In this document: piece after piece, positions 1 to 12,065 of the stretch
Position numbering within the stretch: position 1 is the first letter of the stretch
Layout of the letters: every line of letters starts with the position of its first letter
Assembly (NCBI GenBank): GCA_963632375.1
Contig: CAVGUB010000111.1
Span: forward strand, 81,913 to 143,369
Reading direction: 5' to 3'
Origin: Phocaeicola dorei
GTDB taxonomy: Bacteria > Bacillota_I > Bacilli_A > RFN20 > CAG-826
DNA: 61,457 bases
Translations under genes and position numbers: made by a program
Notes under the pieces: model-generated
Database searches by the model: none
Told to the model about the DNA's origin: nothing
What the model saw: the letters and a program-made list of their open reading frames with translations, nothing else

Positions 1-64
1 CTATTTCTAGTACTTAAGACTCTAAGGAACTTCCAGCAATTAAGAAAATTATTTTTTTTAATCA

Positions 65-583
65 TTACTGATTAATGGCGCAAGTGGTATTTTTTACGCC
101 TGTTACAACATTGTGAATAAACTCACCACCTTTAAAGGTGTACTCTGCCATTGCTGGCTTGCCAGTTGCTGAGCTAGCGGTCAAATCAATCATGATCGCA
201 AATTTACGAGTAGGATACTCAACGCCCAAGCAACGATCTTGTTTAACGATCAAGGTGTTACCACCCCAAGAATAAGATTCATAAGTAGCACCAAGATTTA
301 CCATCTTGTTTGCACCCATAGAATAAAGGAATGCGCCATCAGTCTTATGTCCTACAATCCAAGCAGAAGCAGCTCTCTGTCACTCAGCATAGAAAGAAGG
401 ATTGCAAAGCAATACCCACTGATTTCCCTGAGGTTTCTCACATTTAGCTGCAAGAGCCTGCATAGCTTTTTCGAAATAACCCATATTGAGTTTGCTAAAC
501 ACATATTTGTTAGCAAAACGCTCAATCTGAGCAATTACTCCGTCAGACGTAATTATCGGCCTTCCGTCTTCATCAAAAGTTTT
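65..583 (-). CDS. Major capsid-like protein, C-terminal part (proposed 3' exon)
   Basis: Frame is open from 583 to TAA 65-67 if TGA 380-382 is read as Trp. It is closed upstream by TAA 587-589 with no start codon at its 5' end. Track ORF 65..319 is its tail. The capsid call rests on position after a scaffold-like gene, combined size and my recognition, not a search. Confidence 0.5.
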
Positions 584-1747
584 CCTTTAGTTAACTTTAT
601 GTCTCCATAAAGAGCAGACTATATCTTAATCTTTTAACGACTTTATATTTGACGTATTTCCATAAAAATAACGTCATCTGTATTTTGCACAATGTTTTCT
701 ATATCCAGCAATAGCTCTACTTAAACAAGATATAGTAACATTTAATTCTTTAGAAGCTTGTGTTAATGAATAAAATGATTTTACAAAAATACCATCATCC
801 GTATAACATGCGATAGCGGTTCCCTGCAAATCCTTTGGTTTATAATTGAAATGTTTTTCATAACTTCAATAATAACCATGAGAAGATCTAATTTTACCAT
901 TACAAGCATTATTTATTGACGTGGAGCAAATACCTGTTTTTTCTGAAGCTTCTGCACAATTTTTATAATATGTAATGTAATTACCTTGTAAATCAAATTG
1001 GTAAACTACTTTTTGTTTTAAAGGTAAAGCTGGGATATTTTTTTTATTTCCTGTAAAGTATTTTCATTGATAATCTTTACAAAACTTAATATCACCTGAA
1101 CATGCAGATTGAATTCCACTACGTGAAATTCCAGTTAATTGAGATGCCTGTGTTATAGAATGATATGTTCTTAAAAAATTGCCATCCATATCATATTGAG
1201 CAACTTCTCGTTCGCTCATAGAGGAAGGTACTTTTCCACCCAAACACATATTATAAACATCTTTTCGCTTTAAAAATTCTCGATTAACTAATTCAGCTTC
1301 TTTTTTATATGCGGCTCTTTTTCCAACTTCGGTATCATCATATTCAAATAATGTTTCTCGAATAAAATTCTCAACACCATATTTTTTAACAGCTTTATGA
1401 AACTTATAAGATTTAAATTGTTTGATACTATTGGGAGAATTATATATGCCACATCCAATATAACCATCATCAATATCTATATTTGTTCTATGAACACCTA
1501 TATAGATTTTATTATTTATTTTATTTGTCGTTTTATAAACTATGTATTTAAACATATAAAAGATTTCAAACATTTAGTCGTTGAACATTCTGCTTAAAGC
1601 AGCCTTTGCTGCTGATCACCTAATCAAATAAATTTTTCAAACCATCATAAATATATTGTGGTATTATTTGCTTAAAGGCTTTCCAGCAATTTGATTGAAT
1701 TCAATATAGTGTCACCACTATATAGCCCTGTAACTTATTAAATGTCA
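584..1747 (-). mobile_element. Putative group I intron interrupting the capsid gene
   Basis: Separates the two halves of one capsid-like reading frame and carries a GIY-YIG ORF. The minus-strand 3' end has a 7-bp hairpin with a GAGA (GNRA) tetraloop (595-612), then 11 nt ending in G next to the proposed 3' exon. Boundaries are +/-15 nt. Confidence 0.45.
893..1573 (-). CDS. GIY-YIG homing endonuclease (intron-encoded), C-terminus disrupted
   Basis: N-terminal YIVYKTTNKINNKIYIGVH...DDGYIGCG matches GIY-YIG. It is followed by repeated V.QYD..G.f...Y.SI.qAS..TGI DNA-binding-type repeats. In-frame TGA at 1064-1066, TAA at 893-895. A third repeat continues to 626 in another frame. Confidence 0.75.
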
Positions 1748-2536
1748 AGGTTTTCCATTAGCGTCCATATTAGACTTACCTCAAAGAAGAGCGTTGTTTC
1801 TAGCCTCCATGAAGCTATCCAAACAATCCTTCTCAGCAGTATTCATCTTATAGACAGGATCTGTACCATCTTTCTCACCTGCACCTATCTGGATAAATAC
1901 ATCCTCCATAGGTTTGTACATAGCAGACATATCTACATCACATCTGTGAGTCGCAATATAAGTGCGGAAATTCTCACAGTTAGATTGGTATTTAGTGTAC
2001 CCTTCGGCATGAAGCTCAGGATGATAATTTGTTACAAAGTGAGTCATATCACCAACTGCAGGTTCTATGATCTGTGAATCATAATCATCATCGAGGATTT
2101 GAGCCACTACCAATCAACAATTATCAGCAATACGTTGAGGACGATTAACAACAATAAACTGCTGTCTTGTTTTCTCGATTACAAACGTATCATACTTCTG
2201 ATAATAATTTTCTCCGAAATAAAATTTAATGTCACCTGCGCATTCACCGCTACCTTCTGTTGCTCTAACGATCGGAAGTCTCTTGATTTTAGAAACTTTC
2301 AAAGACCACTCTACAACGAAAGAAGGAAGAGATTGGAAACCCTTAGGTTTCTTATCACCTGCGAAGCAGTTCATAAGAGCTTCAGTAAGGTGAGTTGCGG
2401 TGTATTGATCATACAACGTAGAAACAATACCCAAGCGAGACGGTTTGCTGCCAAGGAACTTCATGAAATCCTCATAAGTTCTCGTAGCAGGCATATTCGG
2501 ACGAACGGTTGAAAAACCCGAAATTCTAATTGCCAT
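1748..2536 (-). CDS. Major capsid-like protein, N-terminal part (proposed 5' exon)
   Basis: Track ORFs 2114..2536 and 1781..2113 share one frame and are joined by TGA 2114-2116. A further TGA lies at 1781-1783. The frame then dies at TAG 1718-1720. ATG at 2534-2536 sits directly after the scaffold-like gene. Confidence 0.5.
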
Positions 2537-2557
2537 AATTTAAAAATTTTATAATTG

Positions 2558-3628
2558 TTACAATAAATCCGAGTTATCCCAAGCTGAAATGAAGTCGTGA
2601 TTTTTTTCCATTTTGTCGACTTTTGGAATAACCACGGTATCACTATTTTTATTTATCTTATTTAATTGAGCTCTCAATTTTTTATTTTCAGCTCTTTCAG
2701 TGGCCAACAATTCTTTAAAATACTTTGATGTATCAGAAAGAGCGTTAGCGCCTTGTGTTCTAAGCCAAGCAAGTTCAATTAATGCATCTGGATTTTCTAA
2801 ATCTTTCATCAATTGAGACTTACCATTTGCGTCTTGTTCAAGAAGATAATGTAACATTTCCTGCTTGTCCTTATCCTCGACCACAAGGGAGTCACTATTT
2901 TGATCAGTATAATCTAATGCAATTTCATTAAAATTACTTACAGCATTTTCAATAGTCCTTCTTAAATCAGAGGCTTCTTGTTCACGCTGTGCCTGTAATG
3001 CTGCATTTTCGTCATCTTCATATTTTTTATATGTATTTCTAAGAGTAGAAGCTTCTTTTTTATAAAGTTCTTCATTCTCTTTCGCCGCTTCTAGTTTTGA
3101 AAGAAGTTCCTCATCTGAAAAATCAGGATACTGCCTTTTAAGGTTTACTAGATAGAGATCATCATCTGTATAATCATCAATTGTATAAGTTTTCTGTGGT
3201 ACAGCATCTTTATGCGTTTCCAAATAAGTTTGGATTGCATCTGCTGCATACTTATTCAAAACTTGATTAAATGTAACACCATTAGCTCGCAAGGAGTTAA
3301 TAAGTGATGCTTCCTCATTTGTTAAACCAGAATCTGTAATCTCATTAAGAATCTCAAGTTTTTCTTCATTCGACAGTGAATTAAAATCTTGAAATTCTTC
3401 AGTGCCATCTTCATTTGTAAATGAAATTTTAGACGGATCTTTAATTCCTTTACTTTGCAAAAAGGCATAAATAGGATCTTCTACTGGTGAAGATTGCTCT
3501 TCCCCAACCTCTGAAGTTTCCTCTGATTGAGAAAGATCCACTTCATTTGGTTGTGTTATTGGTTCTTCTGAAGGTGCTGGATCTAGCATATCTTCAAAAT
3601 TCTGAACCAGAATTTCATCATTTTCCAT
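2558..3628 (-). CDS. Acidic coiled-coil protein, scaffolding-like
   Basis: Intact 356-aa ORF ending in TAA. It is very D/E/K-rich with heptad-like stretches and lies immediately upstream of the capsid-like gene. Confidence 0.45.
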   Translation of the reverse strand: MENDEILVQNFEDMLDPAPSEEPITQPNEVDLSQSEETSEVGEEQSSPVEDPIYAFLQSKGIKDPSKISFTNEDGTEEFQDFNSLSNEEKLEILNEITDSGLTNEEASLINSLRANGVTFNQVLNKYAADAIQTYLETHKDAVPQKTYTIDDYTDDDLYLVNLKRQYPDFSDEELLSKLEAAKENEELYKKEASTLRNTYKKYEDDENAALQAQREQEASDLRRTIENAVSNFNEIALDYTDQNSDSLVVEDKDKQEMLHYLLEQDANGKSQLMKDLENPDALIELAWLRTQGANALSDTSKYFKELLATERAENKKLRAQLNKINKNSDTVVIPKVDKMEKNHDFISAWDNSDLL

Positions 3629-3705
3629 AATTACATATTTGTTCTATTTAGATCTTTTCGACAAAAATAATAAAATTATTTTACAAAACAAAATTTTTAT
3701 TAATT

Positions 3706-6324
3706 TTAAGTATCAGATAGTGCATATTTGTACAAAAACCATTGTTTTATTGAAGTTTTTACAACTTCCCCACTTCCGTTTGGAATATATAAATAATCAA
3801 GATATTGAAATTCAAGACTAATTCTAGAACTTGTATTTACATATTCTATTGTTTTTTCATCCTTTACTGAATATATAGTTTGATTATCATTTGGTCAAAT
3901 AGTCAAAGTCTTGTTTTTATTCATATGAATTAGTTTGATATATTGACCATGTTTTGGATTACTTGGAAGTTTTAAACTCATATCTGATGTATTATTTACT
4001 CAATAATAACTATACTCATTTAACAATATATCATTATTCTCAGCTTCGTCTGTATGGATCATTTGATTAGAACCCGTTATATAATACGGTGCAGGTTTAA
4101 AACCTGCTATTGTACCATTACCACAATTTAATGCGAAATTATAATTACTTGTATACGCCTCTGTGTTTAAATACAAACCATTGCAAGCAGGCATTTCGTA
4201 ATTTAAAACATTTGCATAAGAATTTGGTAATGTTTTTGTATATACAGAAGAAAGATATGCCCCATATAAAATTCTTCTAATTTCGCCTGAAGGGACTTCA
4301 GTAATCTCTGCATTGTTAGAATTTATTTTGAATTCGTTTTTAGTTGTTTTTGTTTCTGTTTCAACTTCATCTCAAGTAAGCGGCGCATCGAATTTAATTC
4401 AAAATGAATTTGGATATACGTTTGCAAAATTAGTACTTTTATCCCCAGCAGTTGAATCAGCGTACGCGATTCCATTACTATCTATTTTTCATTTACCAAT
4501 AATTCCGCTATTAGCTCCAATTGTACCGTTTTTGGTAACATAGAAACCACCATCGCCCAATTCAGGTTCACCTTTGTCTGATATTGTAACATCTCCCGCA
4601 ATAATGGTTCCATCACCACGTAATTCAAGATTTCCACTTGAATGTTTGATAACACCACCATCAATATATCAGCCTTGATTAGTACCTATTAACATTGTAC
4701 CTGTAGACAAAGTTTCAAAACTTGAAATCTGTACTCATATCTTTGCATCAGATCCTGGTTTTATATTTATATTTTGTGTTGTTTCATCAAAACCAATACA
4801 CTTCCAATAGGTTCAAGAAGATGAACTAGCGTCTGCATAAGATACGTAATCCAAATAATAAACCTCTTTATCTACATCTTCTGTTTCTAAAGATACCGTT
4901 TTTCCATCATAATATCTATCGGTTTCATTTCATTTTCTAAAACGACTAATAGCACCTGACTTACCTGCTTCACCCGGATCACCTTTCGTACCTGTAGCAT
5001 ACACACCTCAATGTTCTGTATCTTGATCTGGTGTAACATCACTTGTAACTTTTGATTTACAAATATACGATACAACGTTACCATCAACAGTATATGTTAC
5101 AATATCGTTTTGTGTGTAAGTGTTTACGGAACTTCACTCACCTCTAAAGATTGTTATTGGTTGTTCACCAGTTCCATCTCTTTGAACCATTACACCATCA
5201 AGAAGTAAATTGCCATCACCGTACATCAAACGTTCACCTAATTTTAGTTTGTCGTTTTGCAAATCGAGGAAACTTGTACCATCTGGCGATGCAAATAAAT
5301 AAGCTCTCACTTGACCAGGTGTAATTTCTGTGAAACCGTTCATTGTGCTGATACTAGGACAACTACTTCCATTTGTTACAATGGCATAAAGCATATAATA
5401 TCATTCATCACCCTCATTGTATTCTACTGCATTCTGTGTATAGTAGAAATAACCTGTACCTGTTTTAGCATATAAACCTGGTCCATTTTTAGTGTCATCG
5501 GGGGATTCTTTTTCAGCATAAAATACGGTAGGCTCACCTGAATAATATTTACCACTTTCTGTGTCATATTCAAGACTAATATTAGCACCATTTAAGCCTG
5601 TGCCCTGTTTTTCAGGATTACTTTCTTGAATGCCAAGTACACTCTTATATGGAACTACCAAATAACAATAATATGCCTCATCATTATTTAGGGTTAATAT
5701 CATTGATTCTTCTTCACAATCCTCGTTAAGGATTTGTCAACGCCAATAATCATTTCCACTTCTACTTTGATTATCTGGAGTAACCGATGATGGGCCATCT
5801 AAAGTGTAATGTTTTATATATCCTGGTGTAAATTCTACAAACCCGTCATCATTAAGTTTCAATGGGCTTTCGGCCACAGACATATCTGTAAAACTCTTAA
5901 CTCATTCAAATTGTAGTTGTTCTGATCCTACAGAAATTTGCATTGTACTAACTGTTATTGGAGAAATAGTTTGTGTGTATCCATTTAACAATGCGTTTTC
6001 TAGAGCTTTTTGTGTTTTTGTTACATCTTCCCAAGAACGAGTCGTAACATAATTTTTTAATTTTCTACGTAAATCCTCGGATGTAATATAATCATCTAGA
6101 TTGATTTGTTCTTGTTGTTGATTATTGGAATCAGAAGAATCTTCAGATGTACTGTCTGTAGCTTGTTCTACAGCCTTACCAATTAAACTGTCAATATCAT
6201 TTAATTTTCCATAATCAATTTCATATAGTTTATCTCGAACCTTTATATATAAATGTCCAGATGTTTCAAGAATCAAATCTTTATTTGGTTTTCCTAAAAT
6301 TTCACCATTATTTATTAATGCCAT
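3706..6324 (-). CDS. Large virion structural protein (about 872 aa, function unassigned)
   Basis: Track fragments 5902..6324, 5401..5703, 5134..5394 and 4000..4194 are all in one frame. My hand translation of 3706-4390 found only TGA interruptions and a TAA at 3706-3708. The off-frame track ORFs 4482..4664 and 4887..5087 look spurious. Confidence 0.65.
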
Positions 6325-6901
6325 AATATTCTATATTAGCAATTGTTGTATGTGGATTTTTTGAAATAACATATACATTTTGATCTTTAATCTTTTTTGT
6401 TTTTCAAAGGAATCCTAAGAATCGTTTATATTGTGTAGTAGCACTTATAACAAGGGAGTCTCTACTAGCAACATCTACTTTAGCAGTATCCTTATAAACA
6501 ATTCCATCCACAGATACTCATTTATCTTTCCATGAAAAAACTTTTGCAGTATCTCTGTATATGATACTATCCCTTACTTGGGTTATTATTTTTATTTCTG
6601 TTTTTGTGTTGTTTTTTATAAGATTGTTTAAATCCTCATTCTTCTTTTTTAAAGCATTGATTGTTCTTAAATCCTCAGCTTTATAACGTTCTAGTTCACT
6701 TATACGTAATGTCAAAATTCCATTTTGTGCTGCAGATAAACTATCTTTTGTTTTTCAAGTAGTACATTCAGTTAATGCAGCATCCATGTTACGTTGATAT
6801 CTATTTTTAGCATCTTGTATATGATTAATTCTAACCTGTTGAATGGAAATAGTCCCAATTAAACAAGCTATTATTCCAATTAATATTAACTTTATTTTCA
6901 T
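6308..6901 (-). CDS. Membrane-anchored or lipoprotein-like coiled-coil protein
   Basis: ATG 6899-6901. N-terminus is MKIKLILIGIIACLIGTISI (hydrophobic, Cys-containing), followed by a coiled-coil-like region. Several in-frame TGA; TAA at 6308-6310. Overlaps the next gene's start by 17 nt. Confidence 0.55.
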
Positions 6902-6956
6902 ATTACATAAATTTTATACAAAAATACAAAAAACAAAACAAAATAAAAAGACCCCA

Positions 6957-7361
6957 CTAAATAGTGGAGTCTTTACAATCTTCACATAAAAACAATTTAG
7001 CAGTTTTATACATTTTTTCTCCTATTTCACCAAATAGATAATTAAACTCTTCGGAGTTTATATCTATATTTAACGATTTAGCAATATGTACAGCTAAATG
7101 TGATTTTTCATGATCCAAAGTATTTTGAAATTCAGACGTCGAGGATGCTGGTGTCAACGCAATAATAGAGCATCTATGTTTGATATCGGAATAGATTAAT
7201 CCATTGTCTTCAATACAAAGATTTTTAATTGCTTCTTTTTGAAATTTATTTGATGCTCCCATTGCTTCCAATTCATCTAAAACAAACCAAATTAAATCAA
7301 CATTATAAAATATCTTGATGAATCAATCATACATATCTAAATAGATGCTCTGTATTACCAT
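6957..7361 (-). CDS. Small protein with HExxH motif
   Basis: ATG 7359-7361 overlaps the upstream TAA as TAATG. One TGA at 7323-7325. Contains DHEKSHLAVH. Confidence 0.5.
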
Positions 7362-7651
7362 TATATCATATCTCCTCAGTTTATAGGAATACCTTTCCCT
7401 ATACAATCAGCATAAAATCTAGTAAACGGTAATTCAGAATAACCATCTGTATCATCTACATAATCTTTTATAAACATTGCCAAATGTTTTTCATCAGGAA
7501 TAGAAGAATTTAAATAATCAAAAGATGCCATATTTGCAACATATACATAGTCATAACTTGTTTTATTTTCAATTGTTATATTATTTTTAAGTAATATATT
7601 ATCAACTTCTTCTTTAGTTAATTTATGTACGTTATTGTTTTTAGATTTCAT
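7361..7651 (-). CDS. Hypothetical protein
   Basis: Track ORF 7376..7651 extended through TGA 7376-7378 to TAA 7361-7363. Confidence 0.55.
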
Positions 7652-7740
7652 ATTTGAAATAGCTCATTCAAACATTCGTTTACTAAAATGTCACCCATAA
7701 TATGATAAGTATTTTTCCATTCCTGAAGGAAAGGTATCAT
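7618..7740 (-). CDS. Small hypothetical protein (30 aa if TGA stops, 40 aa if TGA=Trp)
   Basis: ATG 7738-7740. TGA 7648-7650 overlaps the next ATG as ATGA. The frame continues to TAA 7618-7620 under TGA=Trp. Confidence 0.3.
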
Positions 7741-7746
7741 ATTTAT

Positions 7747-7917
7747 CTAATCTCATTTTCTCATTTCTTTCATTGCTTCTTTGTATCCATCTTCATATCC
7801 ACATTTATAGATTTCTTTTGAAGATTTCATTCCATATCTATAGTCTTCATCCTTTTCACGTATATCGTCTCAGTAATCTTTACCATAGCGACCTTCACGT
7901 ATTTCCCACATTCTCAT
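7747..7917 (-). CDS. Small hypothetical protein (56 aa)
   Basis: ATG 7915-7917 follows the upstream TAA. Two in-frame TGA; ends at TAG 7747-7749. Confidence 0.4.
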
Positions 7918-7919
7918 TT

Positions 7920-8438
7920 TTATTTAGTATTTAGTTGTTCAATCAAACGTTTGTTAGATTCCATTAAGTCAATAATACTTTTAGAAATATCCGTTACTTG
8001 CTGACGTAATTCACTAATCTCAATTTTTTGTGCTTGTTTCTCAGCAAATTCTGGATTTAAATCAGTTAATGCTTTATCACAATCAACGATAAAAGCTTTA
8101 TGAAAATCAATACTTTTAATTATATCTTCACTTTTACGTTTTAAACTTAATATCTCGGCATTCATAGTTTCTTTACTATCTGTAACAACAATGGAATCGC
8201 CGTTTAAGATAGTATCCGCAACATTTGATTGTGCCGATAATCCGTTATAATTAACGGTTTGATCATTTAATTTAACAACCAAATCAACCAACATCTCTTG
8301 AGGCTGGTTAAAATTAGCAGGTACAGGATATTTAGGTCTTGGTGTTGAAACAGATACTACATAACCTATTTCTAAAAATGGTTTATTTCCTTTGTGAAAA
8401 ATATAAACCGGATTATTATTTCTTAATGATTGGAACAT
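7920..8438 (-). CDS. Hypothetical protein with C-terminal coiled coil
   Basis: Intact 172-aa ORF with a TAA stop. Confidence 0.6.
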   Translation of the reverse strand: MFQSLRNNNPVYIFHKGNKPFLEIGYVVSVSTPRPKYPVPANFNQPQEMLVDLVVKLNDQTVNYNGLSAQSNVADTILNGDSIVVTDSKETMNAEILSLKRKSEDIIKSIDFHKAFIVDCDKALTDLNPEFAEKQAQKIEISELRQQVTDISKSIIDLMESNKRLIEQLNTK

Positions 8439-8447
8439 ACGTATTGA

Positions 8448-8789
8448 TTAACTAGTTAATAATCTTAACATATCTGTACTTTTATCGTAGAAAAACAAAT
8501 AAACACCATCTCCAGGTCATGTAGCAGTTGTTAAAGCTGTACCAGCTGCATTATAAACTGCGGTTTTAGTGTTATTTGTTCCCACACTATCAAAATAAAT
8601 AGGAACTGCTGTGTCTGGTGCGGTTTCAGTTCCTGATACTTTAACTAGAAATATACCTTGAAAGTATATATCAAATGCTGGATGTCTATTGAAATAGAAA
8701 GTTTCCCCGGTGGTTGTTAAAGTAGCACTGACTGTTTCTAAAGCAGGAATTCCTAATTTATTTACAAAATTTAATCTCGTAATAGCCAT
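8448..8789 (-). CDS. Hypothetical virion protein
   Basis: Track ORF 8517..8789 extended through TGA 8517-8519 to TAA 8448-8450. Confidence 0.55.
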
Positions 8790-9665
8790 TTAAGATCATA
8801 TATTTGTAGCCGTTCCATATCCAGTTAAATAGCTAGGAATAACTGTTAAATTTGGATATTGTACAGAAACTGTGCTTGGTTGAGCAGCTTTTATTGCTGC
8901 TATATCTGTTGATAACGGATTTACAACACTTGCAATATAAGCTTGAATTTGAGATGTTTGATTTGCGTTCGAAATCGTATTTTGCAATGACGTATTAATT
9001 GCAGTTAAACTATCAATTTTATTTTGTAACTCACGCTCTTTAAGTGCACAGAATTGTTCTTGCATTTGAGTAGTTTGATCCGCAATTGCTTTTACTATGG
9101 AAGATGTGTTTCCGTCTATTTTACTTCCAAGTTGGTTTGTTTGTTCTAAAGTTCTAATTTGAGCCTCATAACCTTGGGTAATAGTAAGTTGTTTATTGTC
9201 ACAGCAACATTGCGCCAATTGACTTGCCAATGTTTGATTACCAGATTGAATAGCATTTATTACTTGCATTCCAGATAAACCAACTTGATTTCCTACAGAT
9301 TGAACACTTGATTGAACTGAATTAATCGCTGTCTGTACAGAATTAATATCACAATTAAGAGTGGTTGCTAATTGGGAAATAGCAGTACCATTTCCATTAA
9401 TTGCCTGTAGTAGAAGACTTCTTCCATAGTCATTGTTTAGTTCATTTCCTAAATTAGAAGAACCATTACGTCCAAAACCACCATAACCACCTCAACCCAT
9501 TAAGAAGAACAAGAAAATTACTCAAAGATAATTATCTCCAAATCCTCCATCTCGATCTTTCATTAATGCTAATATACCAGGATCAACACCTCTTTGCTGT
9601 AAAAGTGGAATTAAACTAGAATAATTATCTTGACCAAATACATAAGTTTTTGAATCTTCAGCCAT
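8790..9665 (-). CDS. Membrane-associated Q/N/S/T-rich coiled-coil protein
   Basis: ATG 9663-9665. Hand translation gives a hydrophobic segment, WVIFLFFLMGWGGYGG, in which both W are TGA. It joins track ORF 8796..9269. TAA at 8790-8792. Confidence 0.6.
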
Positions 9666-9760
9666 AAATAAAATGTATTAAAAATTAAGAATCTTTTTAT
9701 TGTGATCACAGTACAAATATAATATGGCAAATATATAAAAACAGAACAATACTAAACAAA

Positions 9761-9800
9761 AAATAACTCTTTGTAAGTTATTCACATACAAAGAGTTATT
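9761..9800 (-). terminator. Hairpin terminator after the fibre gene
   Basis: Arms AATAACTCTTTGTA and TACAAAGAGTTATT flank a 12-nt loop, just downstream of TAA 9822-9824. Confidence 0.5.
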
Positions 9801-9821
9801 AAAATATATTTTATAAAAACA

Positions 9822-11984
9822 TTACTGAGCTTCAACAACGAAAGGAACGTTTGAAGAATTGCCAAATACTCAAACTTCTTCACCGGCATTTTCAATAGAA
9901 CCTTGATCAATTTGTATCTGTTCTGAACCATCAGTAGATAGATAGTACTCAGCATACAAACTATCATTTTCATAATCTTCCTCAGACAAGAACCTACTGA
10001 CTAGTGCATCGTTATCAACACCAGATGCGTTTAATACATCGTAGCTTGCTTCATTTGTATAATCATCTGATTCATAACAACGTCCAATAATAAAGGTGGT
10101 AATTGTCTCACCACCGACATCTACAGTTAAATTAGAATTAGTAAATAAATCGTATGTACCAGAACCATCATTTTCATATTGACTATAAGCAAGTAGATAT
10201 CTGTTCCCAGAACCAGCTTCGGCAAGTAACCCTACTCACTGATTATCTTCCAAACTAGAATTACTATCGTGTATGTAAAGAGTACCTGTTGATCTAATCG
10301 TTTTTTTCACTTCAGCAGCACTAATATTTATTGTAAATATTTTATTAAGCGAAGAAGAAGAATTAACAGACACATATGTATTTCCTGTTGATGTAGTTTG
10401 ATTGGCAACAATTTTAAATGTTATACACTTGTTACCTGATGTAGCTCCAATTGTTTTCGATCCTGAAATTTGAACATATTCCGATCCATTATAACTATAA
10501 TAAATTGTAAAATGTGTATCAGAACCAATATTCAAGTATTTAGTACCGGAACCATCTTTTGAGAATAAGTAGGTAAAATACACAGTATCTGATTTTGTAA
10601 GAGAGCATGATGTATTTGTACTTCATGTTGAGCTTGTATTATAACGTTTTAGATTTGTAGCATAGCTAGTTCTTGTTGTATCGCAAGAATATTTAACACT
10701 AGTTACATTAAGATAAAATGCATATGATGGATATGATGTTACTGTCGCAGACATTGTTGGAAAAGATACATACATTGTTCAGGGAACCGCATTATATATT
10801 CCATCCTCTATACTAGAAGTTTGTATTTTAGTAAAACTTGAGCTATTTGTGGTTGTTTTCGTTCTCGAAGAAACAGTCGTTAAATATGTTATATAAGTTG
10901 AGTTTACAGCTTTCACACTTAATCCAATTCCACAAACTTTTGTAACTGGTCCAGAATAATCCCAAGGTACTCATTGTCGTGTATCAGTATATATACATGT
11001 ATAATGTTCAACTTGCTTAATTTGAGGAATTAATCTATAAGCAGTATAAGTTTTTGCAACTCCTGTATCAGATACTTCGGCAGGAATTGTTCAAACTCAT
11101 GATGTTGCAGACCATGTATCAGAATATCCAGGAATTGTAATTTTGGTAAGTCCTGTAGATTGTACAACGGCTGCTGTACTAGCTAGCAAACGCATACCAC
11201 CTGTAGAAACGCGTTCCCAAGAAGCAGCTGTTGTATCTGTTGAAGATTTAAATACAACATTATTGAGAACAACAAAATGCTCACAATCAGTATCAGATAA
11301 AAGAGATTCTGCTGATTCTCCAGAACTATAAACTTCTTTAACTCGTGCATATGTATCCATAGTACAACTATATGGATTTATATAAATACTAGGTTCAGGG
11401 TCAACAAGTGATAAATCAATTGGTAAAAATTCAAAATCAATAAATGTTTGTTTAGTTACTGAATTTGCTTCTTGAACAATTGGATAATCAATTGTTAAAA
11501 TTTTTGTTGAATCATCAGGGTTTTTGAAAGTAAATGTAACAGTAGCCGTTCTAGCAGAACCTATAGTAGTTCCTCTAGAATCTACATAATAATTTACTTT
11601 ACCAGATCCATATCCCGTTACACGTAACCAATCACTATCAGATACAGCTGACACTAATAATCCAACTTCAAATGGATTTATGTTTGCCATCCATGTATCT
11701 CCTAAATATTGAGCAATTAATATTTCTTGATTATCACCAAAACGGTTACTTCCACCTGCTGCTGAAATAGTGGTACTTTTATTAATTTTAGCTACATATG
11801 TTGCTGCACCTACTTCTTGTGTTATCGTAAATGTTTTTGAAACACCACTAGACGTTTGAAAAACTAAAGTGCTTGTTCGTGCAACCCCTGTATTCTGAGA
11901 AGCCGTTATCTTTAATATTGTAGATGTGGTTCCTGTTTTTGAACCACCACTTGTTGGAGTTATTGTTAATCAACTATCTGCCAT
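9822..11984 (-). CDS. BACON/Ig-like repeat fibre protein (about 720 aa)
   Basis: ATG 11982-11984. Track fragments 11097..11690 and 10236..10583 share its frame. I hand-translated 9822-10236 down to TAA 9822-9824. Repeats of the type W-L-T-I-T-P-T-S-G...R-T-S-T-L-V-F resemble BACON-type domains. Confidence 0.6.
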
Positions 11985-12030
11985 ATTTTTCTATTTTAAA
12001 ATCATACTACAAATATACAATTTTAAAATG

Positions 12031-12059
12031 AAAAAAGGAAGACCGGAGTCTTCCTTTTA
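12031..12059 (-). terminator. Hairpin terminator
   Basis: GGAAGAC cgga GTCTTCC flanked by A/T runs, just downstream of TAA 12066-12068. Confidence 0.55.
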
Positions 12060-12065
12060 ACAATA

